The translations under genes and the position numbers were made by a program. Shown one piece after another: positions 38,033 through 47,987 of a stretch of DNA of 64,000 bases. Below the pieces are notes generated by a model. It did not search any database. It saw nothing but the letters and a program-made list of their open reading frames with translations, and was not told where the DNA came from. The number at the start of each line of letters is the position of its first letter. The stretch's first letter is position 1. The DNA is from a virus (lineage: Duplodnaviria; Caudoviricetes): the IMG/VR virus record IMGVR_UViG_3300039165_000048, positions 1 through 64,000 of that record. The stretch is one strand, 5' to 3'.

Positions 38033-38653
38033 TTAATGCATGTCATGAAGTGCAGCATAATTAGATGCTACATCCACGAAATGCTCGAAATTCATTCCAC
38101 CAGTTAGCATGTCGGTTCTGGCTGCATCTGTTTGTTCTTTTGTTGCACCATTTTCTACCATTTTTTCGATGATCTTGCCAACAATCACAAATCTATTTCT
38201 TTTAAGGCAAGTTATGTCAACCACCGGTAATGTAGGCGTAACGTCAATTACTGGAGGCGTTGTTGTAGCTGGTGTTGTGCATGGCGTCTTGCCGAGTACT
38301 CTCTTCTTGGTACTGTTAGCAATGAAGGTCCCAAATACTGCATCATTGGGAATTGGATCGCCTTCGTGGATTGCTTGGATCAGGACCCTGTTTCCATCAC
38401 GTGCTCTGACCCAGGTTAATGGTTTCTGGCATATCGCGCATACATCATAGTTTCTTTTGATGTGAGTACGCGCTGTTTCATTCATTACAAATCTGATTTC
38501 GTGATCGCTGGTGGTTGGATCAGCGATATGCATTCTTCGAACGGCGGATTCTGGTGTAGAACCCTTGGTTGTGTGGCCGTGATTTTCACTTGTTGCTATC
38601 CAGTTTCGGCTTTCATTGTTTCTTGTCAGTACTATCATATGTGTCATCTCCAA
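38033..38653 (-). CDS. Hypothetical protein
   Basis: 206-aa ORF; promoter near 38676-38692. Confidence 0.6.
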   Translation of the reverse strand: MEMTHMIVLTRNNESRNWIATSENHGHTTKGSTPESAVRRMHIADPTTSDHEIRFVMNETARTHIKRNYDVCAICQKPLTWVRARDGNRVLIQAIHEGDPIPNDAVFGTFIANSTKKRVLGKTPCTTPATTTPPVIDVTPTLPVVDITCLKRNRFVIVGKIIEKMVENGATKEQTDAARTDMLTGGMNFEHFVDVASNYAALHDMH

Positions 38654-38734
38654 GATATAACATGTCCTTGCTGGTATATATGTTTTTTGGTTGGAGCATA
38701 CGATAGTGGGGTTTTCTTGGCAAGTTATTTTTAT

Positions 38735-38850
38735 GTGACTTCCTCCCTTGCCCCTAAAGGGGCAGGGCTTCCTGCTTCATCGAGTCGGTTAATCCAATCT
38801 CTCGATAGGCTCTTCCCCTCAGTCCGAGGGTGCGGATATTCCTTGCGCGA
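38735..38850 (-). mobile_element. Orphan TnpB right end / omegaRNA scaffold
   Basis: The minus strand encodes the TnpB tail ARNIRTLGLRGRAYRE, then TCGATGAAGCAGGAAGCCCTGCCCCTTTAGGGGCAAGGGAGGAAGTCAC (IS605 right-end hairpin plus GTCAC). Confidence 0.75.
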
Positions 38851-38869
38851 CGCAAACAATCATGGTATT

Positions 38870-39442
38870 TTATGCATTTTTAATATTCAAAAAATAAATA
38901 TTGTCAAGTGTATCTACCATGCTTTTGTGATATGGCAATTGATGTGATGATGCTATTACAGCGTTGTACATAAACAAATCATCAAATGACACACTACGAA
39001 AATAAGTTCCATCATAGTTTTTAATGTCTTTTATGTTTTTGAATAATTCATATTTTCGTATAATATTTAGATCTGATAGATACCACTTCGATAGAATTCC
39101 ATTTTCTCCCCACCCATAAAAGTAGTATCGACATTTTCCTTGTTCGAAGATTTTGTGATATTCGGTATTTCGTCCGTTATATGGCACATACGAACGAATT
39201 GTTAGATCTTCGTATCTTGATAGGTATTTGGTTTGTCTGACTCGTCCAGCAATTCCGCCACCAGTATCAAAATAAAAATCAAAGGAATTTTTGGTATCAT
39301 CCTCGAAAGATGACGTGTTTACTGTAGTCAAATAAGGTACGCACGATTTTAATACCGCTTTTATTGCAGCATTAAATTGGTTGCTCCAATTTCGTTGTAC
39401 ATCGTAATTTTCGCGCATATTAATGACCCGATCCTTGCTCAT
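38870..39442 (-). CDS. Hypothetical protein, possible nuclease-fold partner of the methyltransferase
   Basis: Coupled to the MTase (ATGA overlap); EDD...D..GRVR..DLTIRS..TEYHKI..YYFYGW. Confidence 0.55.
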   Translation of the reverse strand: MSKDRVINMRENYDVQRNWSNQFNAAIKAVLKSCVPYLTTVNTSSFEDDTKNSFDFYFDTGGGIAGRVRQTKYLSRYEDLTIRSYVPYNGRNTEYHKIFEQGKCRYYFYGWGENGILSKWYLSDLNIIRKYELFKNIKDIKNYDGTYFRSVSFDDLFMYNAVIASSHQLPYHKSMVDTLDNIYFLNIKNA

Positions 39443-40656
39443 GTGAACGAAAACAAATCTTGTTCTTCGTTTGTTACAGATTCTGGCATTGCAAAATCAA
39501 TTGGTATTTGTTTTGGATTACCCTTGAAGAAAATTAATACATTCTGATGTGTTTTCCCAAGCTTCCTATATGAACCAAACTGGCGACCAACTCGAATCGG
39601 AAGCGATCCAACTGCCGTTACTAGTATAGCATCATTGTATAGTTTCATGCCTGCATTTTCAAAAGCATCAATGGTATCACAAACAAATCCATGGTAGAAT
39701 CCAGCCTTGTCGCGAATGTCACCAACTACGATGCAAGCAAATCTATTATTGTTTAGTTTTGCAACTGATTTTTGTATTATTTCATTATAGTTATCGATAA
39801 ATGAATCATATGTGTCACAATTACTGATGTCGTTTTCGTCATCACTGTATAATTCTAAATTAAAATAAGGTGGGCATGTCAGAAATCCTTCAAATGCTGT
39901 TTCAGGAATAAGATTATCTATGTTTTTGCTATCTCCAACAATCCAAGTAGGCTTTTCTTGGTCTTTTAGGATGTTATCTGCTTGGATATTATTGGCAGCA
40001 ATTTGTTCCGGTCGTAAATCAATACCGGTATAATGATATCCTAGATAGTTTGCTACAATGCCGCGAACACTTCCACCAGCAAATGGATCAAGAATTGTAC
40101 CGTTGATGGGTGTAAACCATTTATATAGTAATTCACATAGAACGGGATCAAATATGCTAGTGCCAGATTGTGGTTGAACATCAAGAATCTTGCTGCTCAC
40201 ATCGTCCAGCGCATCAAGCGGTCTACTTCCAGCAACCCATGTAAGCCTATTTCCAAATTTGTCGTTTTCGCCTTTCATTAGGTCTTGACCAAAGCACCTA
40301 GCGTAATGTTTGATTGGTTTACCTGTTCCATCACCGCGTTCTCGATTGCTATAGTTGGCGGCTGGACGTAATGAACCACCTGGTGCACAGTTTTTTTGAG
40401 GATTGCCACCTTTATAGTGACTTCTTGCTTGTTCAGAAATTCCGAGTAAGCCATTTTTAAGTTCCGGACGTTTTCTATAATAATTTAATCCATCTTCTGC
40501 TACATGGATCGACATGTCCATGCAGTTTTCACCCCTACCTAGTTCACTTTGTATACCAAGACTTATCCACCACCTTTTCCTGTCTTGCCATACGCCTTGT
40601 CTTGCGTCAAAAACAGAAAATGGAGGTAATCCAAATTTTTCACTAAGTTTTCCCAT
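39439..40656 (-). CDS. DNA N4/N6 methyltransferase
   Basis: SAM-binding ILDPFAGGSVRG, GIDL, catalytic TCPPY, HQNVLIF. Confidence 0.85.
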   Translation of the reverse strand: MGKLSEKFGLPPFSVFDARQGVWQDRKRWWISLGIQSELGRGENCMDMSIHVAEDGLNYYRKRPELKNGLLGISEQARSHYKGGNPQKNCAPGGSLRPAANYSNRERGDGTGKPIKHYARCFGQDLMKGENDKFGNRLTWVAGSRPLDALDDVSSKILDVQPQSGTSIFDPVLCELLYKWFTPINGTILDPFAGGSVRGIVANYLGYHYTGIDLRPEQIAANNIQADNILKDQEKPTWIVGDSKNIDNLIPETAFEGFLTCPPYFNLELYSDDENDISNCDTYDSFIDNYNEIIQKSVAKLNNNRFACIVVGDIRDKAGFYHGFVCDTIDAFENAGMKLYNDAILVTAVGSLPIRVGRQFGSYRKLGKTHQNVLIFFKGNPKQIPIDFAMPESVTNEEQDLFSFT

Positions 40657-41185
40657 GTATCCTCGATTTTTTTATTGCGTCGTTGTCATGCAACATTTGA
40701 TAAATTTTGTTTTTTATTGGTAGAACGATGTCGCTATCATGCATATCTAAATGATCACATAATGTTTTATAATATTCTTGTTCAAATAATAATTCTAGCG
40801 ATGCCTTGAATGCGATATATGCAGGTATTCCTGATGATTTTTCATAACATTTAAGTAATTTGTATCTATTTCGAACAATTAATGTGTCGTTGCTGTTCAA
40901 AGTAAATGGTGATACAATGCATCCAAATGGTTTATATTCGGTATTATGCAATGAACACAAGAATTCTTTTTTGAATACACAACAATCTTTGCATACCAGC
41001 AATCCATTCGATACCTCGTAACCAAGTTCGCGAATTTTGCATTCTTCAGATGGATGTATCGTAATCATAGTTCCATACTTAGAACTATTGCAACATGAAG
41101 AATGACATACGCTTTGAATATAGTCTGGATCACAACCATGAAATCTAAGTTTCATATTTTTGTTTGATATTTTAATGTATTTCAT
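40643..41185 (-). CDS. YkgJ-like (CxxxCC) Fe-S/Zn cluster protein
   Basis: CHSSCC...CVF....CSLH...KPFGCIVSPF. Confidence 0.7.
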   Translation of the reverse strand: MKYIKISNKNMKLRFHGCDPDYIQSVCHSSCCNSSKYGTMITIHPSEECKIRELGYEVSNGLLVCKDCCVFKKEFLCSLHNTEYKPFGCIVSPFTLNSNDTLIVRNRYKLLKCYEKSSGIPAYIAFKASLELLFEQEYYKTLCDHLDMHDSDIVLPIKNKIYQMLHDNDAIKKSRIHGKT

Positions 41186-41186
41186 G

Positions 41187-41468
41187 TTATTCCATCAAAT
41201 GGATTTCTTTTTTGGACTTATTCTTTTTATATGGCCTAAATGGAAACAGTGGGCATCTTTTGTTTTCGCAATCAATGTTACCATCTTGGAATAAATTCAT
41301 ACAGTCAGCACAAAAAGCTAACATCGCGGCTTTTCGTGATAATGGTTGAAAATCCTTACGATATTGCTCTAGTTCTTTTACACCTTGCGACATAGTATCA
41401 CCAACATTGTTTTTAAAAATAATAAATACACTATAATTTTTTATTGATTGATTGTAATATAGTACCAA
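41187..41468 (-). CDS. Small Cys-rich phage protein
   Basis: AMLAFCADC...C....CPLFPFR; true start probably MSQG. Confidence 0.6.
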   Translation of the reverse strand: MVLYYNQSIKNYSVFIIFKNNVGDTMSQGVKELEQYRKDFQPLSRKAAMLAFCADCMNLFQDGNIDCENKRCPLFPFRPYKKNKSKKEIHLME

Positions 41469-41585
41469 TTAGGGCGTGACATTCGCGATGTTCTCCCAGA
41501 ATATGGGCTCTACACATGAATCTTGGGTCTACCATCCACATACGCATATATGCATAAATAACGTTGTGGTATAAATAGTTATGTA

Positions 41586-42044
41586 TTAGAAGTCAAATAA
41601 AGTCTTTGTTTTTTTGACTTGTTTAACTTCCCTTTTAATTTTAATTTCAGATAAGCCGAGTAGTTTGCGCTCCTTGGTGTCACATCCAAGAGCTAATGCA
41701 ACCTCATTCCAATCTATGTAAGCAAAGTTGCATAGGTTACGTTGGCATTCTTGTTCAGACCAAAAATAAAAACGTTTGGCTAGGTCTTTTTGCAATTCAA
41801 AGACTTTGTCGGTAATAGTTTTAGAAGCTTTTGGATACTTTTGATATACATTTTTGTCTTGTAATCCTATGTATAATAATCCACGCATGATATTATTGTC
41901 AACAGAAAATAAATATTTGTTAACTTCTTGACACCACAATAAATCTTTTTGACTACCCGAACACCATCTAAGCAATGGCATTAACATAGAAGTATCTACG
42001 TTATTTAGTTGTCCAGATTTCAAATATTTGAAATTATTTAACAT
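41586..42044 (-). CDS. Putative second clamp-loader subunit (T4 gp62-like)
   Basis: Directly downstream of RFC and PCNA; ends in the PIP-like KTLFDF. Confidence 0.5.
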   Translation of the reverse strand: MLNNFKYLKSGQLNNVDTSMLMPLLRWCSGSQKDLLWCQEVNKYLFSVDNNIMRGLLYIGLQDKNVYQKYPKASKTITDKVFELQKDLAKRFYFWSEQECQRNLCNFAYIDWNEVALALGCDTKERKLLGLSEIKIKREVKQVKKTKTLFDF

Positions 42045-42086
42045 GATTTATTCATCCAATATTCGTTCACGTGGTTATCATGTGTG

Positions 42087-42953
42087 TCATCTCATAAGTT
42101 TTATTAAAATTGCTTCAATTAGTATTTCTTTCCATGCAACTTGCTGCAAAAACTTATAAGTGTCTGCGATATCTAGTATGGCTTGTTTTTTATATTCAAT
42201 ATTTTCAGTACTAGCATAAGTAACATCATACAAATCTTTAAGAAACTGCTCGGCATCTATGTGAGCATCTAAATATGTTTGACGTGCCATAACAAAGTTT
42301 TTTTCGCGCAATTGTTTGAATACAAGTTCAGCTAGTTTTGTTTCGTTGGACAACTTGGATAAAAGAACTCCACTTTTAAGTTCTTCAATTTTGTTAATAG
42401 CAGATCGTATATCTGAACCAGTACGATCCACAATTTTACCAAGTGCGCCAATTTCATATGGAATATTTTCTTGTTGACATATAAATTCAAGACGTTTTAT
42501 AATATCTTCTTTTTTGATGTTAGAAAAATCTATTTTAATACACCGACTTTGTAATGGATCAATGACCCGACTCACGTAATTACATGTTAACACGAATCTG
42601 CAGTTGCTGGAATATTGTTCCATTAGGTTTCTTAAAGAGTCTTGTGCCGATGAGGTAAGGGCATCGCACTCATCGAGAATGCAAACTTTAATGTTAGAAT
42701 CTTTACTTTTTGTAGATGCAAAAGTTTTTACCTTCTCACGAATTGTATCTATTCCTCTCTCGTCGGAGCTGTTTAGAATTATATAATCACAATTTAATTT
42801 TTTTACAATGACTCGTGCTAACGTGGTTTTTCCGGTTCCGGGTGGCCCGAAAAGCAAAAGGTGTGGCATGGCATCATCTATGTCAAAGTTAAGGTGTAAG
42901 CCAACCATACTTTCCAGATCTTGTGGTCTATATTTTTCTACTAACAATGTCAT
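42087..42953 (-). CDS. rfcS: Clamp loader, RFC small subunit-like AAA+ ATPase
   Basis: VEKYRP, GPPGTGKTT, NSSDERGID, LDECD, SRC, DIRSAIN. Confidence 0.93.
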   Translation of the reverse strand: MTLLVEKYRPQDLESMVGLHLNFDIDDAMPHLLLFGPPGTGKTTLARVIVKKLNCDYIILNSSDERGIDTIREKVKTFASTKSKDSNIKVCILDECDALTSSAQDSLRNLMEQYSSNCRFVLTCNYVSRVIDPLQSRCIKIDFSNIKKEDIIKRLEFICQQENIPYEIGALGKIVDRTGSDIRSAINKIEELKSGVLLSKLSNETKLAELVFKQLREKNFVMARQTYLDAHIDAEQFLKDLYDVTYASTENIEYKKQAILDIADTYKFLQQVAWKEILIEAILIKLMR

Positions 42954-42977
42954 CTAATATCCTCCAAAAAAGTTTAT

Positions 42978-43682
42978 TTAGGTTTCCTCAGTAACTAACG
43001 GAGAAACCATCCACTTAATAGTAGAATCAGGTTCTGTACTAGTAATAAGTATCGGATATTCTTCATTAAAGGATACAATTACTTTGCCAGTTATCACAGA
43101 AATAAACTCCAGGAATGTTATGCCATATTTGGTTCTAACGTTTTTGTAGTCAACTTTTGTTTTGGTGGTTAGTTCATCAGATTCTTTTTCACCGGTCTTA
43201 ACATAAAAAACATTGTCCTTGACTTCTGCAATAATGCCAGTTTTTTCTGACTTCAAGGTAGCTGTGTTCTTTTTAATGGTTACAAAAATATTGCTATCAA
43301 ATTCAAAACCGCCATCGTGTGCCAACGTAGGTAGAGTTTCTAGATCACATTTAATGTATTTTTCGTCTACCATAATAATTTTTGCATCATTATCGTCAGA
43401 ATTTATTAAAAAGGCATTTTCCTTAATGGATAGTTCAACGTTACCAGACATTGCATTTAGAACAGAAAGCAACCTTGGAATGTTTCCTATTGGTACATTC
43501 ATTGGAGTATAATCCAAGAAAACGTTTTTTCGAAGTAGGCCAGTTACCGCACCACAATTGCTAATATCTTTTACGGTCAGGGTTAGGCCTTCGGGACCAA
43601 ACTTAAGTATGCCTTCGGGTATGGCTCCGTTTATGCTAACTTTTTTTATAAAATCTGCTAGAGTTTTTGCACTTGTCTTTAT
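42978..43682 (-). CDS. pcn: DNA sliding clamp (PCNA-like), probable ATA start
   Basis: The frame stays open 55 codons upstream of the track start (IKTSAKTLADFIKKVS..GILKFGPEGLTL), giving 234 aa; C-terminal YPILI...WMVSP is clamp-like; adjacent to RFC. Confidence 0.75.
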   Translation of the reverse strand: MKTSAKTLADFIKKVSINGAIPEGILKFGPEGLTLTVKDISNCGAVTGLLRKNVFLDYTPMNVPIGNIPRLLSVLNAMSGNVELSIKENAFLINSDDNDAKIIMVDEKYIKCDLETLPTLAHDGGFEFDSNIFVTIKKNTATLKSEKTGIIAEVKDNVFYVKTGEKESDELTTKTKVDYKNVRTKYGITFLEFISVITGKVIVSFNEEYPILITSTEPDSTIKWMVSPLVTEET

Positions 43683-43831
43683 AGTATCACAACCTTCTAA
43701 AAATGTTATTAAAACAAGTTAACGTTGATAGTATTTAAAGGTTTTGGTAAACCTTGATTATTTTCCATCACATCTGATGTGGAGGCGGTCCGAATAATTA
43801 CATCCCAAACGACATGCTACCAAAAGTTTGA

Positions 43832-44557
43832 TCATAGAATACCTGTTTTTAACTTATTACAACATTCTAATACTTTGTCTAGTGGTCTTTCATATTTACT
43901 TCGTCTTTTAATTGATAGTGAACCATTTGATATTTGTATAGATGCTTTACTGTTTGTTACATCATTAGGAAATAACCATACATGCAGTGGATTTAAATCA
44001 TTGCGATTGTCAAATCCTAAACATAAGAAGTAGTCTGCCACAGTATTTCTGCGCGTGTAAAAAGTCCATATATTATTATGCAAACATGCACTTTTAACGT
44101 CTATTTTGAATCCTTTACCGCATATATAATCGAATCCGTGATGTCCAAATGGCATACGTGTAATATTATCAAAAAATGTACTTAATACGTTTTCCGCTAC
44201 ATAAACTCCTAAATATAAAGGACAATCTTTTGCTTCTTCCATTGGTTTACGTCGTTTAATATTTTCTTTCCAATTTTTACTATTAGGACCAGATACACTA
44301 ATTTTATATTCGGGTTTATTCAGTGATATTTTATTTGCATTTGATATTTTTAATCGAGTTTCTTCAGAAACTATACGTCCTTTTTGTGCATTAGATTGTT
44401 TAATTTTATCTTCAATTGAATGTAACCTACCTTTACTAGATTTTGAAACTTGTTCTTTTTGTTCTGGATGATCAATCCAATACTTCTTCTTACAATCTGA
44501 TTGTACTTTACGTTGTTCAATTGTCCATTTTCTACCTTTTCTAGTCATAATTATCAC
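43832..44557 (-). CDS. Free-standing homing endonuclease-like protein (NUMOD3 repeats plus PD-(D/E)XK domain)
   Basis: KGRLHSIEDKIKQS and KGRIVSEETRLKIS repeats; GFDY...IDVKS. Confidence 0.7.
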   Translation of the reverse strand: MIIMTRKGRKWTIEQRKVQSDCKKKYWIDHPEQKEQVSKSSKGRLHSIEDKIKQSNAQKGRIVSEETRLKISNANKISLNKPEYKISVSGPNSKNWKENIKRRKPMEEAKDCPLYLGVYVAENVLSTFFDNITRMPFGHHGFDYICGKGFKIDVKSACLHNNIWTFYTRRNTVADYFLCLGFDNRNDLNPLHVWLFPNDVTNSKASIQISNGSLSIKRRSKYERPLDKVLECCNKLKTGIL

Positions 44558-44589
44558 TAAATTTATAAAATATGAAAATAGTTAGTTAA

Positions 44590-45261
44590 TTATTTACCCG
44601 AATTTCTAATATGTAATCTATCAGAAAAATTTGTTCCCAAACGACATGCTACCTTCCAGGTGTTTTTGCCGGATATCGATAGTTTTTGGTTATTGTCGCC
44701 AGCTGGCATCAACCAGGTTCTGGCGGGATTCAAAGATGTGTTCTCAAACATGTCCTTGATTTCAGCTTCCAAGAAGGCCCACGGTAAATTACCAACAACA
44801 AACTTAAAGTAAATGTTTTTGCGGCCACTATCCGAAATTTTTAACCAATTGGTTATAAACTCATTGCGGTCCTTGGAGGAAGTAAAACAATCCTTCTTGG
44901 GACTAATAACCATAATATTGAAGCGTTTGAATAATTCTTCCTGGTTGTTTATGGTACCGTTGGTTTCGATGTCGAATAGTTGACCGGGTAAACCGTTCAT
45001 GATTTCAGAAATGGCAGTTGGCTGAAGTAACGGTTCGCCACCAGTAAAAATTATTCGACTATTTGGATGTGTTTTTAAGTAGTTTTGAACTCTACTTACG
45101 ATTGAAGACGATTCCACTTCTTCGAATTTGTTTCCATATTTCTTTTTTTCATCACAATCTAAACAATTTTTATTGCATCCAGCAAGTCGAACAAATATAG
45201 CAGGACGCCCAACTGCGGGACCTTCTCCCTGCAAGCTATAGAAAACGGTTGTTATTTTCAT
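44590..45261 (-). CDS. queE: 7-carboxy-7-deazaguanine synthase QueE-like radical SAM protein
   Basis: FYSLQGEG, FVRLAGCNKNCLDCD (CxxxCxxC), TGGEPLLQ, IETNGT, SPK, RLH. Confidence 0.85.
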   Translation of the reverse strand: MKITTVFYSLQGEGPAVGRPAIFVRLAGCNKNCLDCDEKKKYGNKFEEVESSSIVSRVQNYLKTHPNSRIIFTGGEPLLQPTAISEIMNGLPGQLFDIETNGTINNQEELFKRFNIMVISPKKDCFTSSKDRNEFITNWLKISDSGRKNIYFKFVVGNLPWAFLEAEIKDMFENTSLNPARTWLMPAGDNNQKLSISGKNTWKVACRLGTNFSDRLHIRNSGK

Positions 45262-45284
45262 AATTATGTATTAGTTTTAGTTGT

Positions 45285-45863
45285 TTAAATACTTTTTGGT
45301 TCAACACTATCAATGCCACTATGTCCCATAATAATATTTACCAAGGCATGTATAATATAACCTTCTTTTCGTAGATAATCAGTTGCATTATTTTTTTCGG
45401 CAATAACATAAGAACCCAGTACATTAACGTTAAAGGTTTTTAATGAATGTATAATACCTTTTAACGTTCCGCCCGTACTCACAATGTCATCTATTATTAT
45501 TACATTGTTTCCTGGTTTTACTCCATTTATGTACATGTCATTGTGAGAATATCCAGTTTTTTGAAATAGGTGTATTTCACCAAGCAAATTATATTGGCGT
45601 TTTCGTATTACCACCCAAGGAATATTTAGATTATCTGCAACAAGCGTTGTTACAGGAAGTGCCATTGCTTCCGGGGCAAGTATTAAATCAATGTGGGTAT
45701 TTTGAATGGTTTCATATATTTTGTTTATTATATGAACACTTGTGGATTTTAATAACTTTGATTCAATAGGAATTGCACCGTCTGTTAATGGATGTACAAA
45801 ATATGGGTAATTGCCTTTCATTACGATGGGACAATTATAAAAGGAGTTTATTAAGTCTTGCAT
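45285..45863 (-). CDS. hpt: Archaeal-type hypoxanthine/guanine phosphoribosyltransferase
   Basis: YFVHPLTDG, EAMALP, RKRQY, TGYS, PRPP loop IIDDIVSTGGT. Confidence 0.85.
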   Translation of the reverse strand: MQDLINSFYNCPIVMKGNYPYFVHPLTDGAIPIESKLLKSTSVHIINKIYETIQNTHIDLILAPEAMALPVTTLVADNLNIPWVVIRKRQYNLLGEIHLFQKTGYSHNDMYINGVKPGNNVIIIDDIVSTGGTLKGIIHSLKTFNVNVLGSYVIAEKNNATDYLRKEGYIIHALVNIIMGHSGIDSVEPKSI

Positions 45864-45910
45864 AAAAAGTAATTGTAATGCTAGTATAAAAAGATTTTGG
45901 TCTTATCTAC

Positions 45911-46285
45911 TTATTCAGACCATCGTGGATTACCAAAGCAATAATTAGCAGGAACAAATTGATGTTCAGCTATTCGAAGAGCATTAATGAATTCCATCCA
46001 TTGCTTGTTAGATGGTGCACAATACCACAAAGCTTCAAACACACCATCAGATTTTACAGCACCGAATTGTATTCGGGCGCCATATTCCACTCCAATTACG
46101 ACTAATTGTGGTAGATTTGTTTCTATCCGAATCGTTGGATAGCCAACTACTTCACCGTCATCACTTTCTTCGTACTCCGAATCAATAGTTTTTATCCACC
46201 ATTCATTAAATTCCGTCCATCCATTGTTTGTCGTGGATTTTTCCCATGGAAAATTAAATTCATGGTTGTTAATATTTATTTTCAT
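45911..46285 (-). CDS. Hypothetical protein
   Basis: GAGGTGA RBS. Confidence 0.6.
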   Translation of the reverse strand: MKININNHEFNFPWEKSTTNNGWTEFNEWWIKTIDSEYEESDDGEVVGYPTIRIETNLPQLVVIGVEYGARIQFGAVKSDGVFEALWYCAPSNKQWMEFINALRIAEHQFVPANYCFGNPRWSE

Positions 46286-46473
46286 GTTTAATCACCTCTT
46301 GACTGTTATGTGTTCACAATTTTCTCGAATCTGGGTTTTGTTTAACCAGGTCTTTCTTGATCTTATTGTAAATCCAGCTAGTCTTAATTCCTCTTTGACG
46401 TAGGCAGGAATTTTGGCTTTCCGGCCATATTGTGCCCAAACTCTTTCCATTTTTTGTCACCTCACTTTTTAAC

Positions 46474-46490
46474 AAGTACTAATAGTACTT
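46474..46490. promoter_or_regulatory. Palindromic operator AAGTACTAATAGTACTT
   Basis: 17-bp palindrome between the TATA box and the GAGGTGA RBS on the minus strand. Confidence 0.6.
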
Positions 46491-46688
46491 ACGAGAATAT
46501 ATAACTTACGGTTGAACAGCCAACCAAAAACTATTTATTCTAATAGTACGTATATGTGTTTAGTAGAAATTGAGGTGACATTGCATGAAGTACAACGAAG
46601 TAGTAAAACTTGAAGCAAAAAAGATTAAGGACAAAGATCAAAAAGCCAAAGAAATTGCCAACAAGGTAATTGGATTGGTGGTATTTAC

Positions 46689-47150
46689 ATGAAAAACCAG
46701 AAAACGACACTTTGTGATACAAGAACAATGCTTCGTGGTATAGTTGCTAATAAAGGTATTTCAATATCCGAAGGTCAATATAGCGGAAAGCCAAATACCT
46801 TATATATAATAAACGAAATAACTGATTACCTCGAAATACCTAAAAAGGCACTACTAGATGGTAATGTTGTTTCGGTTATTGACGTAACGTTAGTAGAAGA
46901 AATGCCGGATGTGTATCCGGAATTAATAACGCATCTAAAAAAGGCAAGTGAAATGCATTTAACTATGAAACCCGTTAACACAACAAAAGAAGATGTAGTA
47001 CAAATAAATGTTAATGGTTCTTGCATTGCATACTATGTACCAAGTACAAATAGTTTTGTAATGGGCAATTTGCTGTGGCACAATGACTATGTAACCATTG
47101 TAATGAAAAATATATGGCCACAAATAGTAGAAAAATTAAAAATACCATAA
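46689..47150 (+). CDS. Hypothetical protein
   Basis: GGTGG RBS; promoter at 46523. Confidence 0.6.
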   Translation: MKNQKTTLCDTRTMLRGIVANKGISISEGQYSGKPNTLYIINEITDYLEIPKKALLDGNVVSVIDVTLVEEMPDVYPELITHLKKASEMHLTMKPVNTTKEDVVQINVNGSCIAYYVPSTNSFVMGNLLWHNDYVTIVMKNIWPQIVEKLKIP

Positions 47151-47173
47151 AAATATTTTATTAAAATTTATTT

Positions 47174-47839
47174 TTAATATTCAAACTCAACATAATAATC
47201 CAGAAATGTGTTATAACCTTCTTCTAGTTCTTCTTTATTGAATATTTTAATAGTTGCCTTTTGTTCAGGATTCCTGTCCACAATACTATCCAGGTATACA
47301 AATATTACACTAGGTTTTCTTCTTAATGCATGCCAATATGCTCCGGCCTGAACAACATGACTATCATAAGGTAGACCAGTTTTAATATCTAGTAAGAATA
47401 AATCTGTTTTAAAATGAATTTCTAATAATTCGTTACTGCAACTTATTTTACCCAGAAGGTCTAATGTTCCGGCATATGATGGATTATTATTAAATAATGC
47501 TGTTTCTACAATCATCGGCGAAATATTAAGATTTAATTCATTCCACATTTTTATACATCTATTTATTCTGCCATAGACTTCAGATCTTGGGATATTCCAA
47601 ATCGGGTCACATGAAACAGGCAATACGGTTTTGGTGTATCGTTGTAATATTTTGTGATGCACTATGGTTCCTATATTTGCGCTGGGTCCCGGTCCCCTAG
47701 ATTTATAAGTGCTCTGATTTTGTTGGCCAATAATATTGGTTACAGAAGGAAACAACAAATCAGGGTCTTTATTTTTACAATAAAATCTACCATTTGCTGT
47801 TTGACGCCTATCATATTTTGTTTTATCTTTAATTATCAT
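47174..47839 (-). CDS. PD-(D/E)XK (Cas4/RecB-like) phage exonuclease
   Basis: PSVTNII, GTIVH, YAGTLDL, LLDIKTG, QAGAY. Confidence 0.8.
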   Translation of the reverse strand: MIIKDKTKYDRRQTANGRFYCKNKDPDLLFPSVTNIIGQQNQSTYKSRGPGPSANIGTIVHHKILQRYTKTVLPVSCDPIWNIPRSEVYGRINRCIKMWNELNLNISPMIVETALFNNNPSYAGTLDLLGKISCSNELLEIHFKTDLFLLDIKTGLPYDSHVVQAGAYWHALRRKPSVIFVYLDSIVDRNPEQKATIKIFNKEELEEGYNTFLDYYVEFEY

Positions 47840-47987
47840 TATATCATCTAGTCCGGAAAAGTATTTGTCTCTTTGTCATAGAAACCTCGATTATTGTGTA
47901 CATAATCATTGTGTTCGTAATATGTAATTTTCTTTCTTTTTACTATTATTATAGAATATCCAAGAAGGTTTATGATGATCATGATTA

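Noticed and set aside
47174-47839. cas4 as part of a CRISPR-Cas locus
   Set aside because: No Fe-S cysteine set, no other cas genes and no array; it fits an ordinary phage exonuclease.
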